From an uncultured delta proteobacterium (GTDB lineage Bacteria > Desulfobacterota > Syntrophobacteria > BM002): 64,000 bases of DNA. The stretch covers positions 32,001 to 96,000 of the forward strand of contig CAVQGX010000031.1 of NCBI GenBank assembly GCA_963712115.1, read 5' to 3'. The translations under genes and the position numbers were made by a program. Shown one piece after another: positions 48,913-57,776 of the stretch. The first letter of the stretch is position 1. Every line of letters starts with the position of its first letter. The notes below the pieces were generated by a model, which saw only the letters and a list, made by a program, of their open reading frames with translations, made no database searches and was not told the origin of the DNA.

Positions 48913-48998
48913 AAGGGGGACGTTCTTGTTTTTTTGCGTTTCTATTTTTCTCTCAGTCTCAACCTTTAGAAACGCAAAAAAACAAGAACGTCCCCCTT
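48913..48998. repeat. Perfect 32-bp inverted repeat, 22-nt spacer
   Basis: AAGGGGGACGTTCTTGTTTTTTTGCGTTTCTA (48913-48944) / complement (48967-48998). Confidence 0.9.
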
Positions 48999-49016
48999 TT
49001 TTAAAAGGTTATCTTC

Positions 49017-49397
49017 ATGCAAAGCTATGTAAATCAAGGAGAGCAGCTTGTAGTTGCCCTTTACGTTCGGGATGTAAAAAAGTCCAGCGACTTCTACCGG
49101 AGCTACGGGTTCGAAGTGGTTAGGGACGAAGGAACCTTTATGGAACTCAAGTGGGAGGACGCTCGCTTGTTCCTGTCGGAAGTCCCGGGTACCCCTCTGC
49201 CACCGGCGAATCCCATCGGTAACCTGCGGGTTATGGTTCCCGATGTGGACGAATATTGGAACCTTGCCATTGAAAAGGAAGCAAAAATACTAAGCCCCAT
49301 AGAGGACCGTTATTATGGCTTGCGGGATTTCATCATTGCCGGACCGGACGGCCTCGCCCTGCGCTTTGCCACCTGGCTCAAGGATCTTGAGAGATAG
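49017..49397 (+). CDS. VOC/glyoxalase family protein
   Basis: LYVRDV..S..FY..GF, V.DVD, YYGLRDF...PDG. Confidence 0.88.
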   Translation: MQSYVNQGEQLVVALYVRDVKKSSDFYRSYGFEVVRDEGTFMELKWEDARLFLSEVPGTPLPPANPIGNLRVMVPDVDEYWNLAIEKEAKILSPIEDRYYGLRDFIIAGPDGLALRFATWLKDLER

Positions 49398-49432
49398 AAG
49401 TAGAAACCGAAATTATTGGAGGGCAGTGAGAG

Positions 49433-50848
49433 CTAGGTAGTTTTTGGAGGATCACGCCAGATTTCCACCATGGTCAAATCGTCGTTAGCCGCGGCATTCC
49501 CACGCCAGGAATCTATTTTTTCCAAGAGACCTTCTGCCCAAGGAGGGCCTTTAGCTCCCGCTAAATAGTCAGTTAAACGGTCATTACCGAATAACTCATT
49601 TTCTTCATTTTCCGCCTCGGTGACTCCGTCTGTTATGAACAGAATCGATTCTCCGGGTGACAGGACAAACTCTGTTTTCTCGTACTCAGTTCCTAATTCC
49701 ACGCCCAACGGGATCCCGTTTGGTTTGGGAAGTTCCCGAAATCCATGGTTAATAACCCACAGCGGATGCGGATGCCCGGCCCGCGCAGTCTGCACTCTTC
49801 CGGCCCGGGGCCAATATTTGCTCAAAACTATGGTGGCGAAAAAACCCTCTTCAGACATGAGTTCATACATGGCATTGTTCACATTGGCCAGCAGTTTGTC
49901 CACCTCGCCGTGCAACGGTGCTTCACTGCGGATCTTGGCGGAAAGTGCCGCCATAATCAGCGCTGCAGGAAGTCCCTTGCCAGCGACATCAGCAACATAA
50001 ACCAGCCAACTCCCGTCGGGCATGGGGATTACATCGTATAAATCACCCCCAACAGAGGCCGCCGGCTGTGAGAAGGCCCAAACATGGCTGCCTTCTCCCA
50101 ACTCCGGAATTTTAGGCCAGAAAAGCTCCTGGATCTTAGCCGCAGCTTTTAGTTCAGCCTGAAACCTTTCCTGCTCTATCCGCTCTTCAACAAGCCTCGA
50201 GCGTGCTATGGCGACGGCGGCCAAGTCAGCAAAGCTTTCCAAAAGGGCGAGATCATCTGTTTCGAAGAAAGGTTTTTCCCTGGAGTTGAGAACATTGAGT
50301 ACACCCAGGAGCTCTTCCTGGTGACTGAGAGGTACGGAGAGCATTGTTCTGGTGACAAAACCGCTCTGCTTGTCTGCCCGCTTGGAGAACCTGGGGTCCC
50401 TTTGCGCATCCTTGACCATGACGGCCTTGCGGTTCTGGGCAACCCAGCCGGCTATTCCTTCGCCCATCTTTAGCTTTACAGAACTCTTGAGGACATCACC
50501 TGCCCTGTCTCCCATTACATCGTCTTTAATCGAGGCGAATTCCAGCAGGCGGCTCTCTGAATTGTAGAGCATTAGTGAGGAAGCTTCTGCATTGGTAACT
50601 TCCTTGGCGAGATCTATAAGCCTTGGAAAGAGTTCGTCAAGCGATTCCATTTCCGCCAGGGAGTGGTTTGCCTCGGTTAGCTTTCTAAGACGATGGGAAA
50701 CTGCTTCGATATAGGGCTCACATTCCGTGCGGTTCATCACACAACCTTGATCCCCTAAAAATTCCAGGAATGAAATATCCTTCATTATTGCCTGTACAAC
50801 TAACCTAGCCGATAGTTTATAGTAACCATTAAACATAATAGATGCCAC
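49433..50848 (-). CDS. GAF + PP2C (SpoIIE/RsbU-like) phosphatase
   Basis: GEGIAGWV GAF motif; VGGDLYD, ADVAGKG, TDGVTEA, DDLT; true start may be 50737. Confidence 0.9.
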   Translation of the reverse strand: MASIMFNGYYKLSARLVVQAIMKDISFLEFLGDQGCVMNRTECEPYIEAVSHRLRKLTEANHSLAEMESLDELFPRLIDLAKEVTNAEASSLMLYNSESRLLEFASIKDDVMGDRAGDVLKSSVKLKMGEGIAGWVAQNRKAVMVKDAQRDPRFSKRADKQSGFVTRTMLSVPLSHQEELLGVLNVLNSREKPFFETDDLALLESFADLAAVAIARSRLVEERIEQERFQAELKAAAKIQELFWPKIPELGEGSHVWAFSQPAASVGGDLYDVIPMPDGSWLVYVADVAGKGLPAALIMAALSAKIRSEAPLHGEVDKLLANVNNAMYELMSEEGFFATIVLSKYWPRAGRVQTARAGHPHPLWVINHGFRELPKPNGIPLGVELGTEYEKTEFVLSPGESILFITDGVTEAENEENELFGNDRLTDYLAGAKGPPWAEGLLEKIDSWRGNAAANDDLTMVEIWRDPPKTT

Positions 50849-50926
50849 ACCTTTTTGCTAGGATTTAGATTTCTCAAGATAAGATATGACAACGGATAGC
50901 AAAGGTTTTGTCGCAAGGAGTGAATC

Positions 50927-52339
50927 ATGAAAATGTACATCGCCGGTGAGTGGATAGACACTGAGGAGAAGATCGAAGTTCTCAACCCATATAATGGCGA
51001 GGTTGTAGATACCGTGCCTAATGCGGCTCCCCAGGCGGTGGAAAAGGCACTCGCTAGTGCCGCCAGGGGGGCGCAGGTCATGGCGGAACTTCCCGCCTAT
51101 CAGCGCTTCACTATCCTTATGAAAGCAGCAGGTCTGCTCATGGAACGGCAGGAAGAATTTGCCCGTCTCATCTCCCAGGAGTCGGGTAAAGCCCTGTGGG
51201 AATCTAGATTGGAGGTCGTCCGGGCTGCAGAAACCATAGAACTATCTGCTGAGGAGGCAAAAAGAATCCGGGGTGAGACCATCCCCCTCGATGCAGCCTC
51301 AGGAGGAAAGGGAAAATTTGGCTTTACCTTAAGAGTACCATGCGGGGTGGTGGTTGCTATCAGTCCTTTCAATTTTCCCCTCAATCTTCTCTGTCACAAA
51401 GTGGGGCCTGGACTGGCAGCCGGCAATGCGGTGATCGCCAAACCGCCCTCAGACACTCCTCTCTCTGGCCTTCGATTCACCGAATTGCTCCTGCAAGCGG
51501 GGCTGCCTTCAGAAGGTATTCAATGCATTACGGGACCAGGAGGTTCGGTGGGTGAGCAACTTTGCAAGGATTTCCGGGTGCGCAAGATCTCTTTTACCGG
51601 CAGTCCTAACGTAGGTGAAAGAATCTGTCAGGTAGCCGGAATCAAAAAAGTGACCATGGAGTTGGGATCCAATTCTCCCTTGATCATAATGGAGGATGCC
51701 GACCTGGAAGAGGTGGCTAAAGCCACCGCAGCAACCGGCTATGCCCTCGCCGGCCAGGTCTGTATTTCGACCCAGAGAGTGCTGGTCAACCAGAGGGTTT
51801 ATGGGGACTTCCTCGACGCTCTCATACCTGAGGTAGAATCTATTGTCACCGGCAACCCATTGGAAGAGTCAACCCGGATGGGTCCCATGATCCGCGAGAG
51901 TGACGCTATCAGGGTTGAAAGCTGGATCAATGAGGCGGTCAAGGGCGGTGGCAGATTACTCACGGGAGGTGTCCGTCAAGGAAATCTAGTGGCTCCCGCA
52001 GTGGTGGCAGATGTGGATGCCAGGGAGAGAATCTCCTGTGACGAGCTTTTTGGGCCGGCCGTGGCAGTAACTCGTTTCGAGGATATCGATCAAGCCATTG
52101 CTATGGCCAATGACTCCAAGTATGGACTCAGTGCCGGCATCTTCACCCGCAATCTGGACTGGGCCATGAAGTTTGTTCGTGAGGTTCACAGCGGCAATCT
52201 CATGGTCAACTGGGGACCACAGTGGCGGGTTGATCTAATGCCCTATGGGGGACTGAAACAGAGTGGCTTTGGCAAAGAGGGCCCTAAATATGCGGTGGAA
52301 GAAATGACCGAGCTGAAAATGGTAGTTTTTCATCTATAG
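50927..52339 (+). CDS. NAD(P)-dependent aldehyde dehydrogenase
   Basis: PFNFP, FTGS, MELGSN, GQVCIS, ELFGP, PYGG.K.SG.GKEG. Confidence 0.93.
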   Translation: MKMYIAGEWIDTEEKIEVLNPYNGEVVDTVPNAAPQAVEKALASAARGAQVMAELPAYQRFTILMKAAGLLMERQEEFARLISQESGKALWESRLEVVRAAETIELSAEEAKRIRGETIPLDAASGGKGKFGFTLRVPCGVVVAISPFNFPLNLLCHKVGPGLAAGNAVIAKPPSDTPLSGLRFTELLLQAGLPSEGIQCITGPGGSVGEQLCKDFRVRKISFTGSPNVGERICQVAGIKKVTMELGSNSPLIIMEDADLEEVAKATAATGYALAGQVCISTQRVLVNQRVYGDFLDALIPEVESIVTGNPLEESTRMGPMIRESDAIRVESWINEAVKGGGRLLTGGVRQGNLVAPAVVADVDARERISCDELFGPAVAVTRFEDIDQAIAMANDSKYGLSAGIFTRNLDWAMKFVREVHSGNLMVNWGPQWRVDLMPYGGLKQSGFGKEGPKYAVEEMTELKMVVFHL

Positions 52340-52348
52340 ATAGACTTT

Positions 52349-52470
52349 TGGAGTAGTGGACTGTTGGAGTATTGGAGTAATGGGGATCTCTTGGTTTTTC
52401 ATTTCCATTACTCCATCACTCCAGTATTCCAGTACTCCAGCAGCTGGGCGGGCGCTGCCCACCCAGCTGC
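52349..52470. repeat. Mirror octamer array followed by GC-rich hairpin
   Basis: TGGAGTA units 52349-52384, TACTCCA units 52405-52440, hairpin GCAGCTGGGCGGGC-gct-GCCCACCCAGCTGC. Confidence 0.75.
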
Positions 52471-52526
52471 TTTCGTTCTAGCTCGTCCTTTTGAAAGGGC
52501 AGGAGGCATACAACTTCCAGTAAAGA

Positions 52527-53000
52527 TCAAGACTTAATTTTACTTAGCCAATCTCTAAATAGTTCCAATGTTTCAGTGGCCCTTACCTTAATCTTGATAA
52601 TGACTTCTGTTGCTACGGATTGTTTCGTTAGGATTCCCCTGCCTTTTGTGACTTCAGCGTAAACGTTATTCTTGATCCTGGGCGCCCCTTTGTCCAGCTT
52701 TTTTCCCAACTCTTCCGGGAGACATCTTCTGCCCGTTTTGCAGGAGTACATTGTATAGCTTGGGCAGTAATATTTCCTTTTCTCCCACCTCGGCAACTGA
52801 GCCAGATGTTCTTTGAACTCAAGTAATAAATATCCATGCTCTTTAGTTTCACTAGCTCCAAGGAATAAAATATCTCCCTCTATGAAGCATTTCCCACCCA
52901 TAACACTACTAAACCCACCGTAAGACTCCCACCATAGTGCACCATTGTGCTTTTCAATAATCTTATATTGACCCAACCTGTAAAATCTGTCTTCTGTCAT
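52527..53000 (-). CDS. Hypothetical protein
   Basis: 157-aa ORF, AT-richer than flanks, no recognised motif. Confidence 0.6.
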   Translation of the reverse strand: MTEDRFYRLGQYKIIEKHNGALWWESYGGFSSVMGGKCFIEGDILFLGASETKEHGYLLLEFKEHLAQLPRWEKRKYYCPSYTMYSCKTGRRCLPEELGKKLDKGAPRIKNNVYAEVTKGRGILTKQSVATEVIIKIKVRATETLELFRDWLSKIKS

Positions 53001-53038
53001 TTACCCAATGCTCGCTAGCTAAATAGTTACAAATCCGG

Positions 53039-53611
53039 TCACCGAGGAATTACAACATTATCATCGTCGTAAATCCCATTCTCAGCGGTGGTGTGACAAG
53101 CTATACAGTTTGACATGGATCCTACAGATTTCCTCGTGAAGGCATCGGCTGGAATATCATCATCCTCATGCTTGTGCCGGATATAAGGAACATCTGTAAT
53201 TCTCATCGGAGTTTTTCCACCTAGATTCTGCATGATTTTTACTGCTAGTTTCGCCGAGGAATATTCTGCACTGTTCGCTTTAAGATACTCGGCAATGATC
53301 TTTTTGGACTCTTGATCAAGGTCGATCTCCTCTCCGTGATGGTCCGAGAGCCCAGCAATAATTTTTTCCCAAGAACCTGAAGGCAACAGCTCGGGCTGGT
53401 AGGCAAAATGGCAATCTCCACAAATCTCTTTGTACGTTGGATTATCTACCGGCTTTAGATGGCGCTTGCCATCATGTTCAGAGCTATTTCCATGCCGTTT
53501 TTGATATCGTTTCCTTTCTTTGTGTTCATTATGGTCAGCCAAGGCGGCATAGAATACTCCGTTCGCCATCAATAAAAGTGCCACAAGAATAATACCTTTT
53601 TTTGTGCTCAT
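53039..53611 (-). CDS. Diheme cytochrome c (DHC family)
   Basis: Signal peptide, CGDCH..Y.P.LLP..SW, RIT..PY...KH, CIACH. Confidence 0.9.
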   Translation of the reverse strand: MSTKKGIILVALLLMANGVFYAALADHNEHKERKRYQKRHGNSSEHDGKRHLKPVDNPTYKEICGDCHFAYQPELLPSGSWEKIIAGLSDHHGEEIDLDQESKKIIAEYLKANSAEYSSAKLAVKIMQNLGGKTPMRITDVPYIRHKHEDDDIPADAFTRKSVGSMSNCIACHTTAENGIYDDDNVVIPR

Positions 53612-53762
53612 CTAATTCTCCCTTTAAGACCAAGTTTTAGGACTGACACTTGATCCAAATCCTAGCCACCTGCTGACTTCCCATGCTTTATCTGAATGAG
53701 GTCGGCCCTTAATTAAGGATAAGCTTTTGTCTTTAGAAGAGTCGGGGATAGCTATGAACGGA

Positions 53763-54170
53763 TTAACAGAGTAGGGAGAGGTTTTGCAGATAAATCGGAG
53801 AAGATGGTAGTGTTCTACAGGCATGAAAAACACCAAAATCCTTGAGGATATGGATAGTGGCAGGATAATCAACCAACACAAATATGATGTGTGTCGTATC
53901 AAAGATTTTTACACCACCAGTCGGTGTGGAAGTATTGGCCGCTTTGAGAGTTTGTCCTTTTTCGATATTGCAGCTTTTGCAATTAGTCCCACAACAACGC
54001 GTATGAAATGAAGAATTTACTCCTGCCCCTAACTTGCTTTGCAGGCTGTGCAGGCAGGCTTGGCCGCACAAGCAAGCCTCGCCCATCACACCGTTTGTGC
54101 AAATACCCATAAGCAGAAACAGGACAATTATATAGGACGCTTTTCGATGTCCCATAAGGGTCTTCCCCAC
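53763..54170 (-). CDS. Exported Cys-rich hypothetical protein
   Basis: Hydrophobic N-terminus, CxCxxxC, CCxxxCxxC, end PIYLQNLSLLC. Confidence 0.6.
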   Translation of the reverse strand: MGKTLMGHRKASYIIVLFLLMGICTNGVMGEACLCGQACLHSLQSKLGAGVNSSFHTRCCGTNCKSCNIEKGQTLKAANTSTPTGGVKIFDTTHIIFVLVDYPATIHILKDFGVFHACRTLPSSPIYLQNLSLLC

Positions 54171-54381
54171 GGATTGGTTATTCTTGCTTTTTATGTCAAC
54201 TGCAATTATACATTAATCGGCTCAGGGTCATCAATGACATTCCTCCCAACTCTCTCAATCAATTGAAGCCTCCTTCACGTATTGATATCAAGGTGTTATG
54301 GAAATCAACAAATATCAATAAGCAAAGCGGTTTCGATGACTGTAAGAGTCCAGAGCAAACCTGATCCTTTTACAGCTCGTC

Positions 54382-55503
54382 TTATTTACTTGTATCCTGC
54401 TTTCTCCCCGTTTTCAGCTTCAGCCGGAGGATCTCGCTGGGACGCCAGAGGCGCATGCGCGGTCCCCAAGTGCCCGTACCGCGGCAGACAATTACCGTCA
54501 TGCCGTCTACCTCATACCGCCCTCCAAGGAGCGGGTAAACGCGTTTGACCAAATAGCCGAAAGGCCAAATTTGCCCTCCGTGGGTGTGGCCAGAAAGCAT
54601 CAGGCCTGCACCGGCTTTCGCTGCTTTGCCCGCCTGCCAAGGTGTGTGGGAGAGAAGGATGGTTGCACCCGGAGGTCGACCCGCAAGTGCCTTCGAAATA
54701 GGATCGGTGCTCTGACCAGAGCGGCGGCTGGCTGTAAGATCGTCTACGCCAGCCATGATCAGACCGGGTCGAACCTCGGCCCAGCAGTTGCGCAGCAACT
54801 TGAAGCCGGCCTCCTCGATCAGAAAAGTACTCGTGTTGTGAGGACGGTGGAACTCGTGGTTGCCAGGGACGACCCAGACACCGAGAGGTACAGAAAGACG
54901 GCGCAACACCGAAAGCAGTTCGCCCTGGGGCTCGCCGTGCCCTTCAAAGAGATCTCCGAGTAGGACCACGAGATCAGGCTGCTGCGCCTGCACCTGGGCG
55001 ACACGTGCTTCTAGCCACCGCTTGCCAAGCGACGAGCCAAGGTGCAGGTCGGACATGGCTACGAGCACCGTGCCATCCAGCTCATCGGCAAGACCGGACA
55101 AATACACCTCATAGTTTTTCACCACCGGTGGCCGCAGTCCCTGGACAAGTGCGACCACCGAAAGCGCCAAACCGGCAAGCAACGCTATGCCTCGTAATGA
55201 AGGCGCCAGCCTGGGCACGAGAAAGCCGAACCCAGTGACCAAGTCCATGACAAGGAGGGAGACGAAGAGAAGGAATAGCACGGCCATCCAGTTCATGCCG
55301 AGCAACTCCAGAGTCTTGGCGAGGGGGCTTGTGCCTTGGTGACCGTAGACGCGGCCCAAGAAAAAGGTTGCCCAGAGAACCAGGCCTGCACCGATGAGAA
55401 GCTTTCTGGGAACGTACCGTTTAAGAACGGGCACCGAGGCGGCGCGCCAGAAGACGTAAATGTGCATCAATGTGATGGCGGAAATAAGAATGAATCCGAA
55501 CAC
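54382..55503 (-). CDS. Membrane-bound metallophosphoesterase (YkuE/YaeI-like)
   Basis: TM N-terminus, SDLH, GD, GNHE, LLSH.P, SGHTHGGQ. Confidence 0.9.
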   Translation of the reverse strand: MFGFILISAITLMHIYVFWRAASVPVLKRYVPRKLLIGAGLVLWATFFLGRVYGHQGTSPLAKTLELLGMNWMAVLFLLFVSLLVMDLVTGFGFLVPRLAPSLRGIALLAGLALSVVALVQGLRPPVVKNYEVYLSGLADELDGTVLVAMSDLHLGSSLGKRWLEARVAQVQAQQPDLVVLLGDLFEGHGEPQGELLSVLRRLSVPLGVWVVPGNHEFHRPHNTSTFLIEEAGFKLLRNCWAEVRPGLIMAGVDDLTASRRSGQSTDPISKALAGRPPGATILLSHTPWQAGKAAKAGAGLMLSGHTHGGQIWPFGYLVKRVYPLLGGRYEVDGMTVIVCRGTGTWGPRMRLWRPSEILRLKLKTGRKQDTSK

Positions 55504-55646
55504 AGGCCCTCCACGTTTGACATCAAGATCTCATGAATCTGGATATCCTGTCTGCGTCGCCTAGTTCTAAAAATAAAGGTTTATTGCCAAGATGCCAAAT
55601 CTTGCGAAAGTTGAGATATGCTATGACTATGTCAAATATTACAGTA

Positions 55647-56615
55647 TCAATAAAAATATTGGAGGACATATCGTAAGGCCAAGAAGGTTATCAACAGTCC
55701 TAAGATGCACCGAATGACCTTACCTGGCACAAATTTCTGTGCTCTGGCCCCGCAGTACATACCTGCAAAACCGCCGATTCCGAGGAGAATCCCCAGTTTC
55801 CAATCGGGGGCAATGGCCAGGCCGGTGTGAGCGTATATCGGGGCGATGACAGTGTAGATGCCCACGCCAACAATGGAAGTTAGAAAAGTACCCATAAGGG
55901 CGGAACCAGCTATGGTGTAAACCGGTAGCGAGTAGAAGGTAATGAGAAAGGGCGCTATTATAGCTCCGCCGCCGATGCCGTAGGTTCCGCCCACGATACC
56001 AACGATGAAGGTGAGAAGTAGGAGGACCCAAGTGTTGAAAGCATAGGTCTCTCCGTAGAACTCGTATTCAATTCTACGGATGGAGGCAGACACGGTCTTG
56101 ACTACTGCATCAACAGGCAGCCCAGAGGCGACTTTGGCCTTCTGCTCCTGGCGCATTTGGGCCACCCGCTGTTTAAACTTCTCCTCCATGGCCTTAATCT
56201 TTTCTTTGCCCACCCCCTTTTTTTGAACCAACTCATAGAGCATGCGGACGCCGATATAGAGCAATACACAGCCGACGAAGAGCTTGAAGGCCCTGGGATG
56301 CGGCAGGTAGTTGATCCGGATAATTGCTCCAATAAGCACACCCGGCAAGGTGCCGACAATTATTACCCAGGTGAGGGGCCAGGCCATACGCCCTTCTCTG
56401 ATATAGCGATAGACACCGCTCGGGATAGCCACAATATTGAAGATGAGATTGGTGGGACTGACTGCGGGGCTGATAAAGCCGAGTACACTTACCTGGAAGG
56501 GCAGAAGAAGAAAGGCACCTGAGACACCTCCCATAGAGGTAAAAAAGGATACGACGAAAGCAAAGACCAACGGAAGCGCAGGCTGGACCTCGATCCCCGA
56601 CACTGGGAAATACAT
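55647..56615 (-). CDS. TauE/SafE (TSUP) family transporter
   Basis: GGVSGAFLLLP, GIGGGAIIAP repeat motifs, PDW..G..G.GG; charged central loop. Confidence 0.88.
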   Translation of the reverse strand: MYFPVSGIEVQPALPLVFAFVVSFFTSMGGVSGAFLLLPFQVSVLGFISPAVSPTNLIFNIVAIPSGVYRYIREGRMAWPLTWVIIVGTLPGVLIGAIIRINYLPHPRAFKLFVGCVLLYIGVRMLYELVQKKGVGKEKIKAMEEKFKQRVAQMRQEQKAKVASGLPVDAVVKTVSASIRRIEYEFYGETYAFNTWVLLLLTFIVGIVGGTYGIGGGAIIAPFLITFYSLPVYTIAGSALMGTFLTSIVGVGIYTVIAPIYAHTGLAIAPDWKLGILLGIGGFAGMYCGARAQKFVPGKVIRCILGLLITFLALRYVLQYFY

Positions 56616-56651
56616 TGGGCAGACTCCTCTGCAGACAGGGCTATTTGATCA

Positions 56652-56852
56652 TCAAAAGCGATCCTTCTGAGTCGGGCCGTAACTGGCCTCGAAAACCGGC
56701 ACTCAATGAGGTTGCAGAGCCTTTTTCACCTGCTTGGCCACTTTTTCCCGGATAAAAGCTAGGGCCTTTTCCGGGTCCCCGTCCAGGTCGATCGCCAGTA
56801 TTTCCTGGACATCATGAACGCTCAGCTCAAGTAATACTTTCTTCAGATTCAT
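56652..56852 (-). CDS. Small protein with in-frame TGA (codon 50), candidate selenoprotein; not in ORF track
   Basis: MNLKKVLLELSVHDVQEILAIDLDGDPEKALAFIREKVAKQVKKALQPH-TGA-VPVFEASYGPTQKDRF-TGA-TGA; SECIS-like hairpin after the TGA; fills the operon gap. Confidence 0.75.
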
Positions 56853-56869
56853 TTAGATTCCCCAATGTA

Positions 56870-57376
56870 CTAATCCTTCACGGCCTCCTTGAGCCACTGG
56901 AGAACCTGTCTCTCCTGAGGCAGTCTGCCGGAGGACTTGATTTCACCGTTGATTACCAGCGCAGGTGTAGGGACCAGTCCATAGTTGGCGATCTCCGCCA
57001 GGTCTCTCACGTGTTCCACGTCGCCGGCTATGTTGGAGTCCGCCATCACCCTGAAGATCATTTGCTCCAGCTTCTCGCAGTTGGGGCAGCCGGGACCGAG
57101 GATCTTCACCTCGAGCCCCTGGGGTTTTTCCATCTCAAAAGGTTCACCCTTGAATTTCTTGTATTCCCGCAGAAAGGCCCGGGCATGATCCGCTTCCGAT
57201 TTTGGCGGCACATAATTCTTTTTCTTGAGTACTTGCAGTAGGTGGTCGGCTATCTCCTCATCCGAGGAGAACTCCTTTTGGGCGGCCTCCTCCACTGCCT
57301 CTTTCAAGCCGACAATGCCCACTGTGAACTTGCCTATCTTGATCTTAGTTAAATCATCTGTTGGACTCACTCTCAC
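56870..57376 (-). CDS. Thioredoxin-like (MTH895-type) protein with N-terminal extension
   Basis: KILGPGCPNC, TPALVING. Confidence 0.85.
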   Translation of the reverse strand: MRVSPTDDLTKIKIGKFTVGIVGLKEAVEEAAQKEFSSDEEIADHLLQVLKKKNYVPPKSEADHARAFLREYKKFKGEPFEMEKPQGLEVKILGPGCPNCEKLEQMIFRVMADSNIAGDVEHVRDLAEIANYGLVPTPALVINGEIKSSGRLPQERQVLQWLKEAVKD

Positions 57377-57399
57377 ATCCTCTTAGAAATAGCTTTCGA

Positions 57400-57530
57400 C
57401 GGTTTAGCCAGTTTATTCAGTGAAGCCGGTTAGCCAGTCGAGTCGCCGCAGGGCAGCCAAGCAATTAGCCGACTTATGGTTTTGCCCAAGCAGGGACCGG
57501 TCTGACCGGCTAAATCGGTTTATTTTTGAG
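57400..57530. repeat. Degenerate GGTTAGCC/GGCTAAAT mirror array
   Basis: ggtttagccagtt, ccggttagccagtc ... gaccggtctgaccggctaaatc. Confidence 0.5.
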
Positions 57531-57542
57531 CAACTAAGAAAA

Positions 57543-57776
57543 TTACTTGCTGAGGATCTTCTTAATCTCATCTTTGCTGGCCACCTTGCCGACGATCTTT
57601 ACTTCTCCATCGACAACCAGGCCTGGAGTCATGAAGACGCCGTAATTTGCGATCTCATTTATATCGGTCACCTTTCCGACCTGGGCGTCGAGGCCAAGTT
57701 CGGCAACTGCATCTTTTGTGTTCTTCTCGAGTGTCTGACATTTTGGACAGCCGGGACCGAGTACTTTGATTTCCAT
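57543..57776 (-). CDS. Small redox-active disulfide protein (MTH895-type thioredoxin)
   Basis: MEIKVLGPGCPKC, YGV..TPGLVVDG; GGAGG RBS. Confidence 0.92.
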   Translation of the reverse strand: MEIKVLGPGCPKCQTLEKNTKDAVAELGLDAQVGKVTDINEIANYGVFMTPGLVVDGEVKIVGKVASKDEIKKILSK

